A DNA stretch of 64,000 bases from Candidatus Babeliales bacterium (lineage in GTDB: Bacteria; Babelota; Babeliae; Babelales; JBFXEV01). Positions 20,294 through 30,889 of the stretch are shown one piece after another (within the stretch, counting starts at the first letter, position 1; each line of letters begins with the position of its first letter). Below the pieces are notes generated by a model that did not search any database, was not told where the DNA came from, and worked only from the letters and a program-made list of their open reading frames with translations. The position numbers were made by a program, and so were the translations under genes. The stretch lies in contig JBFXEV010000001.1 in assembly GCA_050179755.1 (NCBI GenBank), forward strand, positions 681,994 to 745,993. Direction: 5' to 3'.

Positions 20294-20503
20294 TTACTTA
20301 GGTAGTCTTGATGCCCACCATAATAAAATGATAACAACAAGCGTAGTAATTACTATTCCAGTTATGAACAGCTGAGAGGTAATCTCAGTTCCAAAAAAAA
20401 TATTCGTTGGTAACGCACCAGAAGCTAAAGCTAACAAACTCCCTAAAATATAAAACGTTGCCGCGCCTGCCAAGAAAATAAGACAATCACGTAATCTAAA
20501 CAT
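20294..20503 (-). CDS. Small two-helix membrane protein
   Basis: 69 aa, two hydrophobic helices, AAGGA upstream. Confidence 0.6.
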   Translation of the reverse strand: MFRLRDCLIFLAGAATFYILGSLLALASGALPTNIFFGTEITSQLFITGIVITTLVVIILLWWASRLPK

Positions 20504-20611
20504 ACGGTCCTTTTTTGGTTTGAACGATTATTCTGTGGTTATATTAAAAACTTTTTATACCTTCATCTTTCTAGTTTGAGTATATTACTAAGGTGATGAT
20601 TTTCTAAAACA

Positions 20612-21118
20612 TCATTTGTTTTGTGCATTTAAGGTCGCAGCGAGATGTGCTTTCAATAGAAAAGATAAAACTTGTTCGTGCCCAGGCAAACAAAAACCAA
20701 CTGATCCATCTTCTTGAGGATATGCTAAATAACCCTTTTTTGCATAGTCTGCAATTAATTTTGGTGTACTGCATGTGGAAAATATAGCTGGTGGTTTTTC
20801 TCCTTTTGGTTGCGGGTTTTCTGTTTCATATTTAGCGCGTGCTTGTTTGAGAGTACTAATCAAATCTTCTCTTGATATTCCTTCTTGTCCACAATCAATA
20901 GTACCATGGCCGTACTCAACCACCTCTACTTTGGGAACTTCTTGATTGCCACTTTCTTTACGTAACGTTTGCTCAAGACGCATTGCCATCATGCGTGCTT
21001 CAAAAGCTTGCTCTCGTTGTTCCTTTTCTTTTGCTGTTAATTCATTAGGTTTTTTCATTGCAAAGCTTGCGCTTTGTACTAAACATGCTGCTATTAAAAA
21101 AAAAAGTGCTTCATGCAT
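20612..21118 (-). CDS. Hypothetical secreted protein
   Basis: Signal peptide ending SFA-MKK; AAGGAG RBS. Confidence 0.6.
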   Translation of the reverse strand: MHEALFFLIAACLVQSASFAMKKPNELTAKEKEQREQAFEARMMAMRLEQTLRKESGNQEVPKVEVVEYGHGTIDCGQEGISREDLISTLKQARAKYETENPQPKGEKPPAIFSTCSTPKLIADYAKKGYLAYPQEDGSVGFCLPGHEQVLSFLLKAHLAATLNAQNK

Positions 21119-21127
21119 ACTCCTTAA

Positions 21128-21502
21128 TTACATTGAATCGCTATCGCTCGCGCATGGGCCTACTTCTACATGTCCCGTAGAGTTGTATCGGTTAGCTCTG
21201 GAAGCGGGTGCTGTTGCTTGCTCCATTCTAAATTGTAAAGCAAACTGTCTTTGTGTTGCATCCAGTGCTTCATAATCTTGAGCGGCAGCTTGTTCAGTTA
21301 ATGTAAGTGCATGAGCGCCAGGTGCTCCACGCAATACTTGTACTTCTGTTTCCAAAGTAGCTATACGATCCTTAAGTGACCCAATAATTCGAACTTCTCT
21401 TTCCAAAACTACCACACGTTGCATTAATTTTCTTACATCATTGTCCATGGTATAGCAATTGCTTATCATTAAAGACGCTGCAAAGAATGTATATTTTTTC
21501 AT
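21128..21502 (-). CDS. Hypothetical secreted coiled-coil protein
   Basis: Signal peptide ending CYT-MDN; heptad pattern. Confidence 0.55.
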   Translation of the reverse strand: MKKYTFFAASLMISNCYTMDNDVRKLMQRVVVLEREVRIIGSLKDRIATLETEVQVLRGAPGAHALTLTEQAAAQDYEALDATQRQFALQFRMEQATAPASRANRYNSTGHVEVGPCASDSDSM

Positions 21503-21606
21503 GATGGCCCTTTAGTAATGAGTGTTTTTGTTGTTAGGAATACTATACCAAAGAGTGCGTAAGGATGGCAAGTTAGTATTGCAGGGCAGCGCGCGTTGTT
21601 TGGGCA

Positions 21607-22623
21607 TTAGTCAAGCCGCGCGGTCTGCTCATGATATTTTGTTGCATGGAATGTGCTTATTTGTGCATCTTTATAAAGTCGCTGCTCCATAAATTCAACA
21701 AGTTGATCATGATAGCGTGGGTCTCTCATGCCATTTGCAATAACTGCTTTCATCCACCCCAAAGGGTTACCAGTATCGTGCCGTTCACCTTGCACAATAT
21801 ACGCAATCACGCGCTCACCACTATTTTTAAGCATGTGAGCAATGGCATCGGTTAATTGGAGTTCGTTTTTGGTAAGCATATTATGTGCTTGCAGATATTT
21901 AAGAGATTCATACACTTTTGGAGAAAGCACGTAACGGCCTACAATGGCTAGATTTGAAGGGGCTTTTTCTCGTGCCGGTTTTTCAACTAAATCATTTATT
22001 TCAAAGGTAAGTGGATCAATTTGTTTACTAAAACTTATTACACCATAATTTTGCACCATGTGCATAGGTACTTCTTGTACGGCAATTACAGAGGCCTGTT
22101 CACGCTCTGCAATGCGCATAAGCTGACCTATAGCAGGATCATCTGCAAGATAAATATCATCAGGCAATATTACGCCAAAGTAATTGTTTCCTATTTCTGG
22201 TTCAGAAAGTAACACTGCGTGGCCAAGGCCTTTTGGTGCATCTTGCTCAACATAAGTAAATGAAAGATTGGCGAGCGCTTGCTCATGCGCTTCTACCATG
22301 TGATATTTGCCTAAAGGTTTTAAAAATTCAGATTTAAAAGGATCAAAATAATTTTTGAGTGCTTGTTTAAAATCGCTGCTTATCACCACAAGATCAGTAA
22401 GGCCTGAACCCTGGGCTTCTTCGGCAATAAAATGCATGGCGGGTTTTTCAGTAAGCGGGATCATTTCTTTGGGTATTGCTTTAGTGAGTGGTAAAAAGCG
22501 AGAACCTATTCCTGCTGCGGGAATGACTACTTTTTTTATGAATTTTGCTTCAATGCGTGGTGCTATAAACATTGCCACCCCAAGTACTATTACTCCATAC
22601 TTTTTCATTTCATTCTCCTCCAT
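21607..22623 (-). CDS. galU: UTP--glucose-1-phosphate uridylyltransferase with a signal-like N-terminal extension
   Basis: KVVIPAAGIGSRFLPLTKAIPKEM, GLGHAV, LPDD, LVEKP, QLTDAI. Confidence 0.9.
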   Translation of the reverse strand: MEENEMKKYGVIVLGVAMFIAPRIEAKFIKKVVIPAAGIGSRFLPLTKAIPKEMIPLTEKPAMHFIAEEAQGSGLTDLVVISSDFKQALKNYFDPFKSEFLKPLGKYHMVEAHEQALANLSFTYVEQDAPKGLGHAVLLSEPEIGNNYFGVILPDDIYLADDPAIGQLMRIAEREQASVIAVQEVPMHMVQNYGVISFSKQIDPLTFEINDLVEKPAREKAPSNLAIVGRYVLSPKVYESLKYLQAHNMLTKNELQLTDAIAHMLKNSGERVIAYIVQGERHDTGNPLGWMKAVIANGMRDPRYHDQLVEFMEQRLYKDAQISTFHATKYHEQTARLD

Positions 22624-22634
22624 TGTTGATGTTA

Positions 22635-25454
22635 TTATCTTAATCTTTGTTCTAAATTTCTCAAATTAATCTGTAATTGTTGTAGGGAATTCACCAGCGT
22701 ATTTTGAGGCTTAACTCCACTGAGAGGTGGGGTTTGAATACGAGGTTTGCTTTCTTTTTCTATAGTTTTTTGCCACGCCTCAAATTCTGTTTTAGTAAGC
22801 GTTGGTGTTGGAGTGGTAGTTTCGCTTGGATGTATAATGCTTATTATTTTGCGTTCATCTGGGGTGAGTGAAGTAAGCCAGGCGGCAATACCTTGCGGAT
22901 TGGTTTCTTGTAGCGTTTTATATTTTTGCAACACTGGTACCGCTTTTTCTTGTAGGAATGTTTGTATCTTCTTGCGCCCTGCAAGTTGTTCAGTACGCTT
23001 TACTGGAGGTTTGCTTGCGGTACTAAACAGTTTTTCAATCGTGTTTATTAATTGACCAGCTTTAGGGTCGTTGGAAGAAAAAAAAGTAAGATTAGGAATG
23101 TTACCAGAGGATATGGTGTCAGTTGCTGGCCAGAGAGCCTGATGTGGTATATTTTGGCTTTTAAACGTATGGATAAAGAGCACAACGTTAACTTTTTTTG
23201 TAGAATCAGAGGTGAATAGTTTTGTATCGTTGTTTATAATAACTACGTTATCAAGTGTAATTTCAAATCCCTTGAGATTTTTAATAAGTCCTTCATACTT
23301 TGGATTTTTATCAACTAAGCACGTGAGCCTTTTAATAAAAAATCGCTTAGTGAATTCTTGTTTTTGTATAGGCATGAATTTTTGCACAACTTCAGACAAT
23401 GGTATCTTGGGTGCAGATATTTCTTCAAAGTAATGATCAGCATTACCACCAATCATGGAAAGCACTGCAGGCATTCTATCTTTCATTATTTTTACTGGAA
23501 CAGGAATATGCTCAGTGTAAAGTAGTAATGCATTTTGGCCTTGAATGGTAAATGGTGTATTACTCGCAAGATGCGTTATCGCTGATTGCTCAGTAATTGT
23601 TGCAGTGAGTGGGCCAAGTTTTGAGCCAAATACTTTTGTTTTTGGCATATCTACTACTCTAAACCATTCAGTATTTGGAAATCGAACCAACGGAATATTC
23701 TGCATTTTATCGAGAGTCCAAGGCGACTTGAACTTGTGGATATTGTTTAAGATATCTGCTAATGATGGTGTTGATTTGCCCGCTTGAAAGGCTTCCAACT
23801 CTGTAAAGTATTTAGTAAAATCTTGATTGAATTGAATTCTTAACTCAAGTGCAATTGCGGTTGGCGTGGCCGGTGACACGCCAATTTCTGGAATCTTGAC
23901 GGTAGTTGGAGCATCAACACTTGCTCCCGAAACAAGAGTATAATTATAGTTGAGGGGCATGTTCTCATATTGGTAGGGTGCTTCTAAGTTTTTACCACTA
24001 CCAAAGCACGTATTATAAAAGAATAACCCAGTTTTTACGAAGCTATTAAAAAAATTGAGCACTTCCTTAAAGTTATCTACAGATAATCCAGCAATTGATG
24101 CACCAGTATCACCAGTAGCTATTTTTTGTTTCAACTTATTAACTTGATCTTGTAGTGCTTTTACAAGTTCTTGATAAGCGCTTACTGCCTTCTGAGAGCT
24201 TAGAATTGTAGCAAATATACTCTCCTTAGATTTAGCATAATATTTTTCTTGCGTGCTGCCAATTTTTGCTTCCCTCCATTTCTTTTCGATCGTTTCTTGT
24301 TCTTTTTGATATGTTGCTAATTGGTTTTGAGTTTCTTTTAATTTTTTTTTTGCTTGCGCAAGCTCTTGCTCATTTTGTGCAATTTTTTCTTGATAATATA
24401 ATGTTCTATCCGGCCAGCCATGGCCAGTGGCATACACATTCCACATCCCCAAATAATTTTCATGTGATTCAGGAGCTTTTATCTTGGAACTTGGTGCAAT
24501 CAAGCCAAGATCTTGTCGCGTGACAAAGAGCTGCCTGAGGTCAATTTTTTCGCTTATGTTAGCTTGCTGGGCGCTGACTGATTCTTTTGGAGGGGTGAGA
24601 GGATCAGTTATTGTTGGCATATGATCTATTTTAAGGCCTAGGATAAGCTCACGATTAGATATGTTTTGGAATGAAGGCAGGTTATTGGTGTTTACCTGTT
24701 TGGTCACTTGTTGTTCATATGAGTTTGGCACTAAAAGATAGGCAAAATTTGGGATGTGGCGTATTGTCCAATCTAAAGGATTGAAGCGAGTTGTATATGC
24801 TATAAAATCAAAATTGATTTCCTTTCTAATGGGGTGATCTTGTTGTAATTCTTTTTCATGAATAGCTATTGTTTTAAAGAAATCATTAAAATCGGTTGAT
24901 GGTGGTTGGTTGCCAAACGTTTTGAGTGCTTGCTCGAAATACCCATAATGGGCTGCATACAGTTGGTTCAGTTTGTTACGGAAGGTTAGAATATCTTTTC
25001 TGTAATCATACTGTGGCCCGATAATAGTGGTAGCATATTTTTTTAATAAATCAGTTAATAAGTTGCCTCCTAATGGGCCGTTGTCTTTTAGTTGCTGATA
25101 GCGGTGACGCCTGGTTACAAAGTTATGCCAAAGTGATTCGGAAACGAGTAGAGGAGCTGCTTGTTGCTCAACCCCAGCAACAAGTTCAGACATAAGAGCA
25201 AAGCTTCCTGTTTGGGAGGTTTCTTGGCCGTGAGGATCAAAGAGGATAAACAATCTGCGAGGTCCAAAAGTTCCTTCCATGGACCAACTGACTGATGCCC
25301 ATGCAAGCTGTGATAGAGTGTAAAAAGCAATAACATATAACTTCATTTCCATACTAGCTCCCTTTAATTCTGATTTTAGAGTACCAAAAACAGCACATAA
25401 CGAGCAACGGTTAAAATAAGTGTACGTTGCATGCATTGTATGCATGGTATGCAA
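22635..25454 (-). CDS. Large secreted protein with coiled coil and possible clan CD (His-Gly/Cys) protease core
   Basis: Probable start at MEMKLYV (~25352) with signal ending SWS-MEG; WNVYATGHG and FFYNTCFGSG motifs. Confidence 0.5.
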   Translation of the reverse strand: MHTMHTMHATYTYFNRCSLCAVFGTLKSELKGASMEMKLYVIAFYTLSQLAWASVSWSMEGTFGPRRLFILFDPHGQETSQTGSFALMSELVAGVEQQAAPLLVSESLWHNFVTRRHRYQQLKDNGPLGGNLLTDLLKKYATTIIGPQYDYRKDILTFRNKLNQLYAAHYGYFEQALKTFGNQPPSTDFNDFFKTIAIHEKELQQDHPIRKEINFDFIAYTTRFNPLDWTIRHIPNFAYLLVPNSYEQQVTKQVNTNNLPSFQNISNRELILGLKIDHMPTITDPLTPPKESVSAQQANISEKIDLRQLFVTRQDLGLIAPSSKIKAPESHENYLGMWNVYATGHGWPDRTLYYQEKIAQNEQELAQAKKKLKETQNQLATYQKEQETIEKKWREAKIGSTQEKYYAKSKESIFATILSSQKAVSAYQELVKALQDQVNKLKQKIATGDTGASIAGLSVDNFKEVLNFFNSFVKTGLFFYNTCFGSGKNLEAPYQYENMPLNYNYTLVSGASVDAPTTVKIPEIGVSPATPTAIALELRIQFNQDFTKYFTELEAFQAGKSTPSLADILNNIHKFKSPWTLDKMQNIPLVRFPNTEWFRVVDMPKTKVFGSKLGPLTATITEQSAITHLASNTPFTIQGQNALLLYTEHIPVPVKIMKDRMPAVLSMIGGNADHYFEEISAPKIPLSEVVQKFMPIQKQEFTKRFFIKRLTCLVDKNPKYEGLIKNLKGFEITLDNVVIINNDTKLFTSDSTKKVNVVLFIHTFKSQNIPHQALWPATDTISSGNIPNLTFFSSNDPKAGQLINTIEKLFSTASKPPVKRTEQLAGRKKIQTFLQEKAVPVLQKYKTLQETNPQGIAAWLTSLTPDERKIISIIHPSETTTPTPTLTKTEFEAWQKTIEKESKPRIQTPPLSGVKPQNTLVNSLQQLQINLRNLEQRLR

Positions 25455-25468
25455 AAAGCTATTCTTTT

Positions 25469-27013
25469 TTATATCTTGTGGTTAAAAAAAATTGCTCCAC
25501 CTTTTAACCGATATATAAACAGTTGATAAAAAAGAGTTAAGGGGTCTTGTTCGTCGGGATTTTCAGCAAGCACCGATGCAAGAGGCTTTATTACTTTGAG
25601 CATGATGTTTAAATTCCGAATGTATAAGTGGGGATCAACGAGTGCTTGCATGTGCGCTGACCGCTCTAAGGCCTGTGCCATTTGGAGTGGTGTTTGCCCT
25701 TGCTCTGTTGCGGTGCAGAGTAATCGAGTAATATTTTGCAAATGTTTTTTTGCATAGTGCCATGCAAGAATTTGTGCAATTTTTTGCTGTTCATCTGGGC
25801 CAAATGATGTAACAAACGTACGCGCAGTTGCAAAGTTCATAAGAGGAGCCAGATCTTCACTTACATCTACAGGTATATTATATACAAGTGGTCCATTCCA
25901 AAGGAGCGTCAGAAGATCTTGGCGTAATAATGTGCTCGCCGTAAGATGTGTTTCTAAGAATTTTTGAATGCATAATGTTCTGAGTGTTGGCACGTTGCTT
26001 TGGTTTAATGCCTCTAGAATAGAATCAAGAATTGCGATAGGGTCTTCATGTACCGTAGCTTCTGCAGGAGGTTGATCGTTATTATTGTTATTAGCCGCTG
26101 CAGGTAATTGATTGTTATTGTTATTGACATCAAAAGGTACTTGATTGTTGTTATTATTAATATTTTCAATAAGCTGGGGCAAGGGCGGCGCCAGGGGCTC
26201 GGGTGGCGCAGGAATTGGAATAATGGGGTCTATGCAATATAAAAGCAATGCAAGCAAAGAATAGAGTTTATTATTATCTATGGCAGTATGCAGCGCGGTG
26301 TGTTTATTAACATCAGGGCCCACCCATGCGCGATGTTCAAGTAAATGACCAATACAAAATGGATGTTCTTGTGTTATACCAAATACTATGGGAGGATAAC
26401 GTTCTTTATTATAAGTATCAATATCAATTCCCGCTTGGTAAAGTAACAGCAAAAGTAACTGGTCAAATCCTCCTTCAGCGGCAACATGTAGTGTTGAATT
26501 TTTTGTTCTTGGGTGCATGGCTTGGGGATTTATTCCTTGCAAGAGCAGACGTTGGACTTTAAGCATATTATTTTGCCGTACTGCCGAAAGCATGGCAAAA
26601 ACTTCTGCTCGTTTTTGCGCTTCTGTTTTTAGGGGCGGTGGCGCTTCATAGTGCACATATTGCCGAGGGCGGGTGGATACCCGGAAAAATTCTTTTTGAT
26701 GACGAGAAAGTGCTGTTTCTTTTTCTGCTGCAGGCTCAGGTTCTTGTTGTACTTCTTTTTTGGTTTTGCCTTGTGCAAAATTGGCAAAGTGCTGTGTAAG
26801 TGGCGAAGGGTTTTCTTGCTCTGGCGATGGTGTTCGCGAAGGAGCGCCTTTGCGCACTTTCCCTTCTTTAAATTTTTTAAAATGAGTAAAAAAATCTTCG
26901 TCAGGCGGCTTGGGAGGCTCCATTGCACGCATTATGTGAAAACTGGTAAATAAGAGAGTAAGAATAGAGGAGCGTACACGGTGTGCCATGATATTCCTTT
27001 CTTTGTATAGCAT
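25469..27013 (-). CDS. Secreted ankyrin-repeat protein with Pro- and Asn-rich linker
   Basis: Signal ending MRA-MEP; STLHVAAEGG, TALHTAI, GQTPLQMA; poly-Asn runs. Confidence 0.75.
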   Translation of the reverse strand: MLYKERNIMAHRVRSSILTLLFTSFHIMRAMEPPKPPDEDFFTHFKKFKEGKVRKGAPSRTPSPEQENPSPLTQHFANFAQGKTKKEVQQEPEPAAEKETALSRHQKEFFRVSTRPRQYVHYEAPPPLKTEAQKRAEVFAMLSAVRQNNMLKVQRLLLQGINPQAMHPRTKNSTLHVAAEGGFDQLLLLLLYQAGIDIDTYNKERYPPIVFGITQEHPFCIGHLLEHRAWVGPDVNKHTALHTAIDNNKLYSLLALLLYCIDPIIPIPAPPEPLAPPLPQLIENINNNNNQVPFDVNNNNNQLPAAANNNNNDQPPAEATVHEDPIAILDSILEALNQSNVPTLRTLCIQKFLETHLTASTLLRQDLLTLLWNGPLVYNIPVDVSEDLAPLMNFATARTFVTSFGPDEQQKIAQILAWHYAKKHLQNITRLLCTATEQGQTPLQMAQALERSAHMQALVDPHLYIRNLNIMLKVIKPLASVLAENPDEQDPLTLFYQLFIYRLKGGAIFFNHKI

Positions 27014-27144
27014 ACTGTTTCTTTAAATATATGCACAAGAGTTACCCCCTAAAGCTCTTTGTGGTACACTAAAACAACGATACTATAGATATTTGGCCCG
27101 CTTTTATATTTTCTAGCCTACGTCGGCCGACAGGCGATAATTTT

Positions 27145-27198
27145 CGCTCACCTTTCCCTCGATACAAATCGCTACGCGATTCACTTGGGATGAGCGGT
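27145..27198 (+). repeat. REP-like palindromic repeat, copy 2
   Basis: CCCTCGATAC-AAATCGCTACGCGATT-CACTTGGGATGAGCGGT. Confidence 0.75.
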
Positions 27199-27263
27199 GT
27201 ATCGACTTTATTCGATGTAGCCTTGGTGAGGATGGAAAAACGAGCGGTCCCTTAGGAAACATT

Positions 27264-29711
27264 ATGAGTTACGACGTAAGCAGTATAGAAAAAAAATGGC
27301 AGCAACGGTGGCAAGAAGATCCTTATTGGTATGCAAAACCAGCAGGATCAGGTAAAAAATACTATTGCTTGGATATGTTTCCGTATCCTTCGGGTTCGGG
27401 GCTGCACGTAGGCCATTGGCGCGGGTATGTACTTTCTGATGTGTATGCTCGTATTAAAATGCTCGAGGGTTACAACGTGCTCCATCCTATGGGGTGGGAT
27501 GCTTTTGGTTTGCCTGCAGAAAATGATGCTATAAAAAAAGGCATACACCCTAAAGAGGGTACCTATAAAAATATAAGCAATTTTAAAAAACAGCTAACGC
27601 AAATTGCTGCTATTTATGATTGGTCAAAAGAATTAAGCACTACTGATCCAGAGTATTATAAATGGACGCAGTGGATTTTTTTGAAAATGTATGAGGCGGG
27701 TCTTGCCTACCAAGACAATATGCCTATTAATTGGTGCACGTCATGTTTGACTGGTCTTGCCAATGAAGAAGTGGTTGATGGCCATTGTGAACGGTGCGGT
27801 TCACACGTGATACAAAAAGAGGTGCGTCAATGGGTGTTACGCATTACTGAATATGCAGAAAAATTACTTACTGGTCTTGATACGTTATCGTGGCCTGAAA
27901 AAGTAAAAACAATGCAGCGCAACTGGATTGGCAAATCTGAAGGTGTTGAAATTCATTTTACTGCAGAAGATGTTCATGGTAACACGTACTTGGTGCCGGT
28001 ATATACTACGTGCCCAGAAACTATTTTTGGAGTTACCTTTTTGACCATGGCACCTGATCACGAGCTTGTTGAAAAGTTAGTTGATCCTGCACATCAAGCA
28101 GCAGTAAATTCATATCAAGAAATTGTTTCTGGCATGTCACCATTTTCGCGTGAAACAGGCAAAGATAAAACGGGTGCGTTTATTGGTGCGTATGCAATCA
28201 ATCCGTTAACGCACGAAAAATTACCTATTTTTATTTCAAGCTATGTTTTAAAAGAATATGGCACTGGTGTGGTGATGGGTGTTCCTGCGCATGACGAACG
28301 TGATTTTGATTTTGCACGAGAATATGATTTGCCAATTACACAAGTGATTTCATCACCATTGGTGCAGTATGATGATGCAGGTGATTTGGCAGCATGTTAT
28401 CCTGGTGATGGTGTGCTTATTAATTCTGGATGGTACTCAGATTTACCTGCAAAAACAGAAGGCCGTGCAAAAATTAGCGCAGATTTAATTGCGCGTAATA
28501 GTGCATTTAAAAGAACGCACTACAAATTACGAGATTGGATTTTTTCCCGTCAACGCTATTGGGGAGAGCCTATACCGCTTCTACATTGTATGCGCTGTGG
28601 CGTGGTGCCGGTTCCTGAATCTGAATTACCGGTCAGGCTTCCAGAGGTTAAAGAATATCACCCTACAGGCACTGGTGAATCGCCACTTGCAGCAATTGAA
28701 CATTGGGTAAACACCAAATGTCCTTCATGCGGTGGGCCTGCCAAACGAGAAACAAATACTATGCCACAATGGGCAGGTTCGTGTTGGTATTATTTGCGTT
28801 ATCCAAATCCAACATTAACTGATAAACCATTTGACACACAAGATATGAACTATTGGTTACCGGTCGATTTATATGTGGGTGGTGTGGAGCATGCTATTTT
28901 ACATTTACTTTATGCGCGTTTTTATACTAAAGTATTGTATGATTTAGGCTATTTGCCATTTAATGAACCGTTTAAACAATTGTTTAATCAAGGAATGGTT
29001 AATAAATTTTCTGAAATTTCTGGTGCTGTTGAAAAAATGTCTAAATCAAAAGGTAACGTAGTTAATCCTGATGACATGGTGGCACAGTATGGTTCTGATG
29101 CATTACGCACGTATATCTTATTTATGGGGCCGCCTGAGCTTGATTGTGAATGGCAAGATACTGGTCTTGAAGGCGTTAAAAGATTTTTGCAGAAAGTTTG
29201 GAATTATTCGGTTGATAAAAGTACGTTACTTTTATCCAATGAAATGGAAGATTTACAAGTTACTAAACGCGTGCATCGATTTTTAAAAGAATATCAAGAA
29301 CGCATTGCGCATTTTAAGCCAAACACGGCAGTTCCTGCTGCAATGGAATTATTTAACGATTTAACTAAACAAAAAGCACGCTTATCGCGCGATAGAATGG
29401 AAAAAATACTTGTCTCGCTTTCAGTGATGGTGCCACATATGGCAAGTGAATTGTTAGAAGTTGTTTTGCAAAAACGCTTACAAGATTGTGTATGGCCAAC
29501 GTATGATCAAAAATTAGCGCAGCAAGATGAAGTAACCATGGCAGTGCAAGTTGATGGCAAAACGCGTGCAACGATTGTGGTAAGCCAAAATGTTACTAAA
29601 GATAGTGCTGTTGACCAAGCGCGTGATGCTGCAAGCAAATGGCTTGAGGGCCAGGTGGTTGATAAAGTGATTTTTGTGCCGGGCCGCATGATTAATTTTG
29701 TGATCAAGTGA
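27264..29711 (+). CDS. leuS: Leucine--tRNA ligase
   Basis: MFPYPSG..LHVGH (HIGH), [17 protein letters not shown] editing motif, SRQRYWG. Confidence 0.98.
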   Translation: MSYDVSSIEKKWQQRWQEDPYWYAKPAGSGKKYYCLDMFPYPSGSGLHVGHWRGYVLSDVYARIKMLEGYNVLHPMGWDAFGLPAENDAIKKGIHPKEGTYKNISNFKKQLTQIAAIYDWSKELSTTDPEYYKWTQWIFLKMYEAGLAYQDNMPINWCTSCLTGLANEEVVDGHCERCGSHVIQKEVRQWVLRITEYAEKLLTGLDTLSWPEKVKTMQRNWIGKSEGVEIHFTAEDVHGNTYLVPVYTTCPETIFGVTFLTMAPDHELVEKLVDPAHQAAVNSYQEIVSGMSPFSRETGKDKTGAFIGAYAINPLTHEKLPIFISSYVLKEYGTGVVMGVPAHDERDFDFAREYDLPITQVISSPLVQYDDAGDLAACYPGDGVLINSGWYSDLPAKTEGRAKISADLIARNSAFKRTHYKLRDWIFSRQRYWGEPIPLLHCMRCGVVPVPESELPVRLPEVKEYHPTGTGESPLAAIEHWVNTKCPSCGGPAKRETNTMPQWAGSCWYYLRYPNPTLTDKPFDTQDMNYWLPVDLYVGGVEHAILHLLYARFYTKVLYDLGYLPFNEPFKQLFNQGMVNKFSEISGAVEKMSKSKGNVVNPDDMVAQYGSDALRTYILFMGPPELDCEWQDTGLEGVKRFLQKVWNYSVDKSTLLLSNEMEDLQVTKRVHRFLKEYQERIAHFKPNTAVPAAMELFNDLTKQKARLSRDRMEKILVSLSVMVPHMASELLEVVLQKRLQDCVWPTYDQKLAQQDEVTMAVQVDGKTRATIVVSQNVTKDSAVDQARDAASKWLEGQVVDKVIFVPGRMINFVIK

Positions 29712-30105
29712 TCATGAAAAAGGGTGCAAATAAAGGTTTTTTAGCGCATCATAAATTATTACGTTGTGTGCCAAGTGTGTATTGTTGCAAATGCATGCTT
29801 GGTATGCACTGTGTGTGAACGCATATATTGTTGGTAATGTAGGAATGGGCATATTTGTAATAATCGCATGCTAATGAATATTTGTATGCATTTATTCAAG
29901 GTAAACAATCGCTGACTTTGTTTACATAGTTTGTATGGTAAACAATGTGGGCAATGTAATACATGTAACAGAGCGCATTGCAGGTATTTTTCCGCATTAC
30001 TTATATTTGTATCTGAAAAGGTTTCTATGGAATAAATATATTATAAAAGAGGATCGTGTTTTGAGCAGAGTTCCTAAAAATTAATTTTTACAACAAGGTT
30101 TTTTC

Positions 30106-30828
30106 ATGAACAAATATATTATACATATTCACATTTTTTTATTAACTGTTTTTTGCTCAGCTTCTCCTGCTGTTGACCCAATAAAAGCATTGTTTGCCAA
30201 TAGGCCCTGGGATTTTGTGGAGCAGATTTTTGTCATTGAGCCACATGCTCAACTCAACGCTTTTAGCAGTAGCATGAAGCGCTGGATTCCTGCGCTTGCG
30301 GCTGGAACTGCAGCGGGCTATGGTACCTATAAATTAGCTGAACATGCGATTTTAGAACAGCAAGAAACATTTAAATGGAAAGAATTTACTCAAAAAGTTG
30401 GTTCGCCAATAGTTGGGGTTATTGGTTTATCTGCTGTGTATAGAGTTGCGCGTGCCTATACTGAGCGTAGTATTGATTTACAAGTATTAACGCAATTTAT
30501 TGTAGAATGGGAAGAAAATAAACAATATACTCCTATTGAATTGCATGAATCATGTGACGCATTATATCAATTATTTATGCAAGAAGGCGCAACTGCTCGT
30601 TATAATGAAGTTGCTCATAAAATAGCACCAATATTAAAGCGAACTATTTATCAGCATTTTCCTAACAAATACCGCGAGCAACTACAAAGTTTGGAACGCG
30701 CTTATTTTTCCGACAGTATAATGTTTACGGTATTTCATTTTGAAGTTGATGTGGCGCGAGTTTTAGAAGTAACCGCTCGTATTGTGCGGGCATTTTTTGT
30801 TGATCCTGATCATCGAAAGAACAGATAA
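30106..30828 (+). CDS. Hypothetical exported/membrane protein
   Basis: Signal peptide plus two Gly/Ala-rich hydrophobic helices. Confidence 0.55.
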   Translation: MNKYIIHIHIFLLTVFCSASPAVDPIKALFANRPWDFVEQIFVIEPHAQLNAFSSSMKRWIPALAAGTAAGYGTYKLAEHAILEQQETFKWKEFTQKVGSPIVGVIGLSAVYRVARAYTERSIDLQVLTQFIVEWEENKQYTPIELHESCDALYQLFMQEGATARYNEVAHKIAPILKRTIYQHFPNKYREQLQSLERAYFSDSIMFTVFHFEVDVARVLEVTARIVRAFFVDPDHRKNR

Positions 30829-30889
30829 TATTAATGTTAATTAAGGGCAGGTGATTTTGGGTTGACTGCTTTTTTAAAAAGGAGAGTAT

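Noticed and set aside
27100..27263. Possible T-box leader upstream of leuS
   Set aside because: No T-box consensus (GGTGGNACCGCG) is present; the structure is explained by the REP-like repeat.
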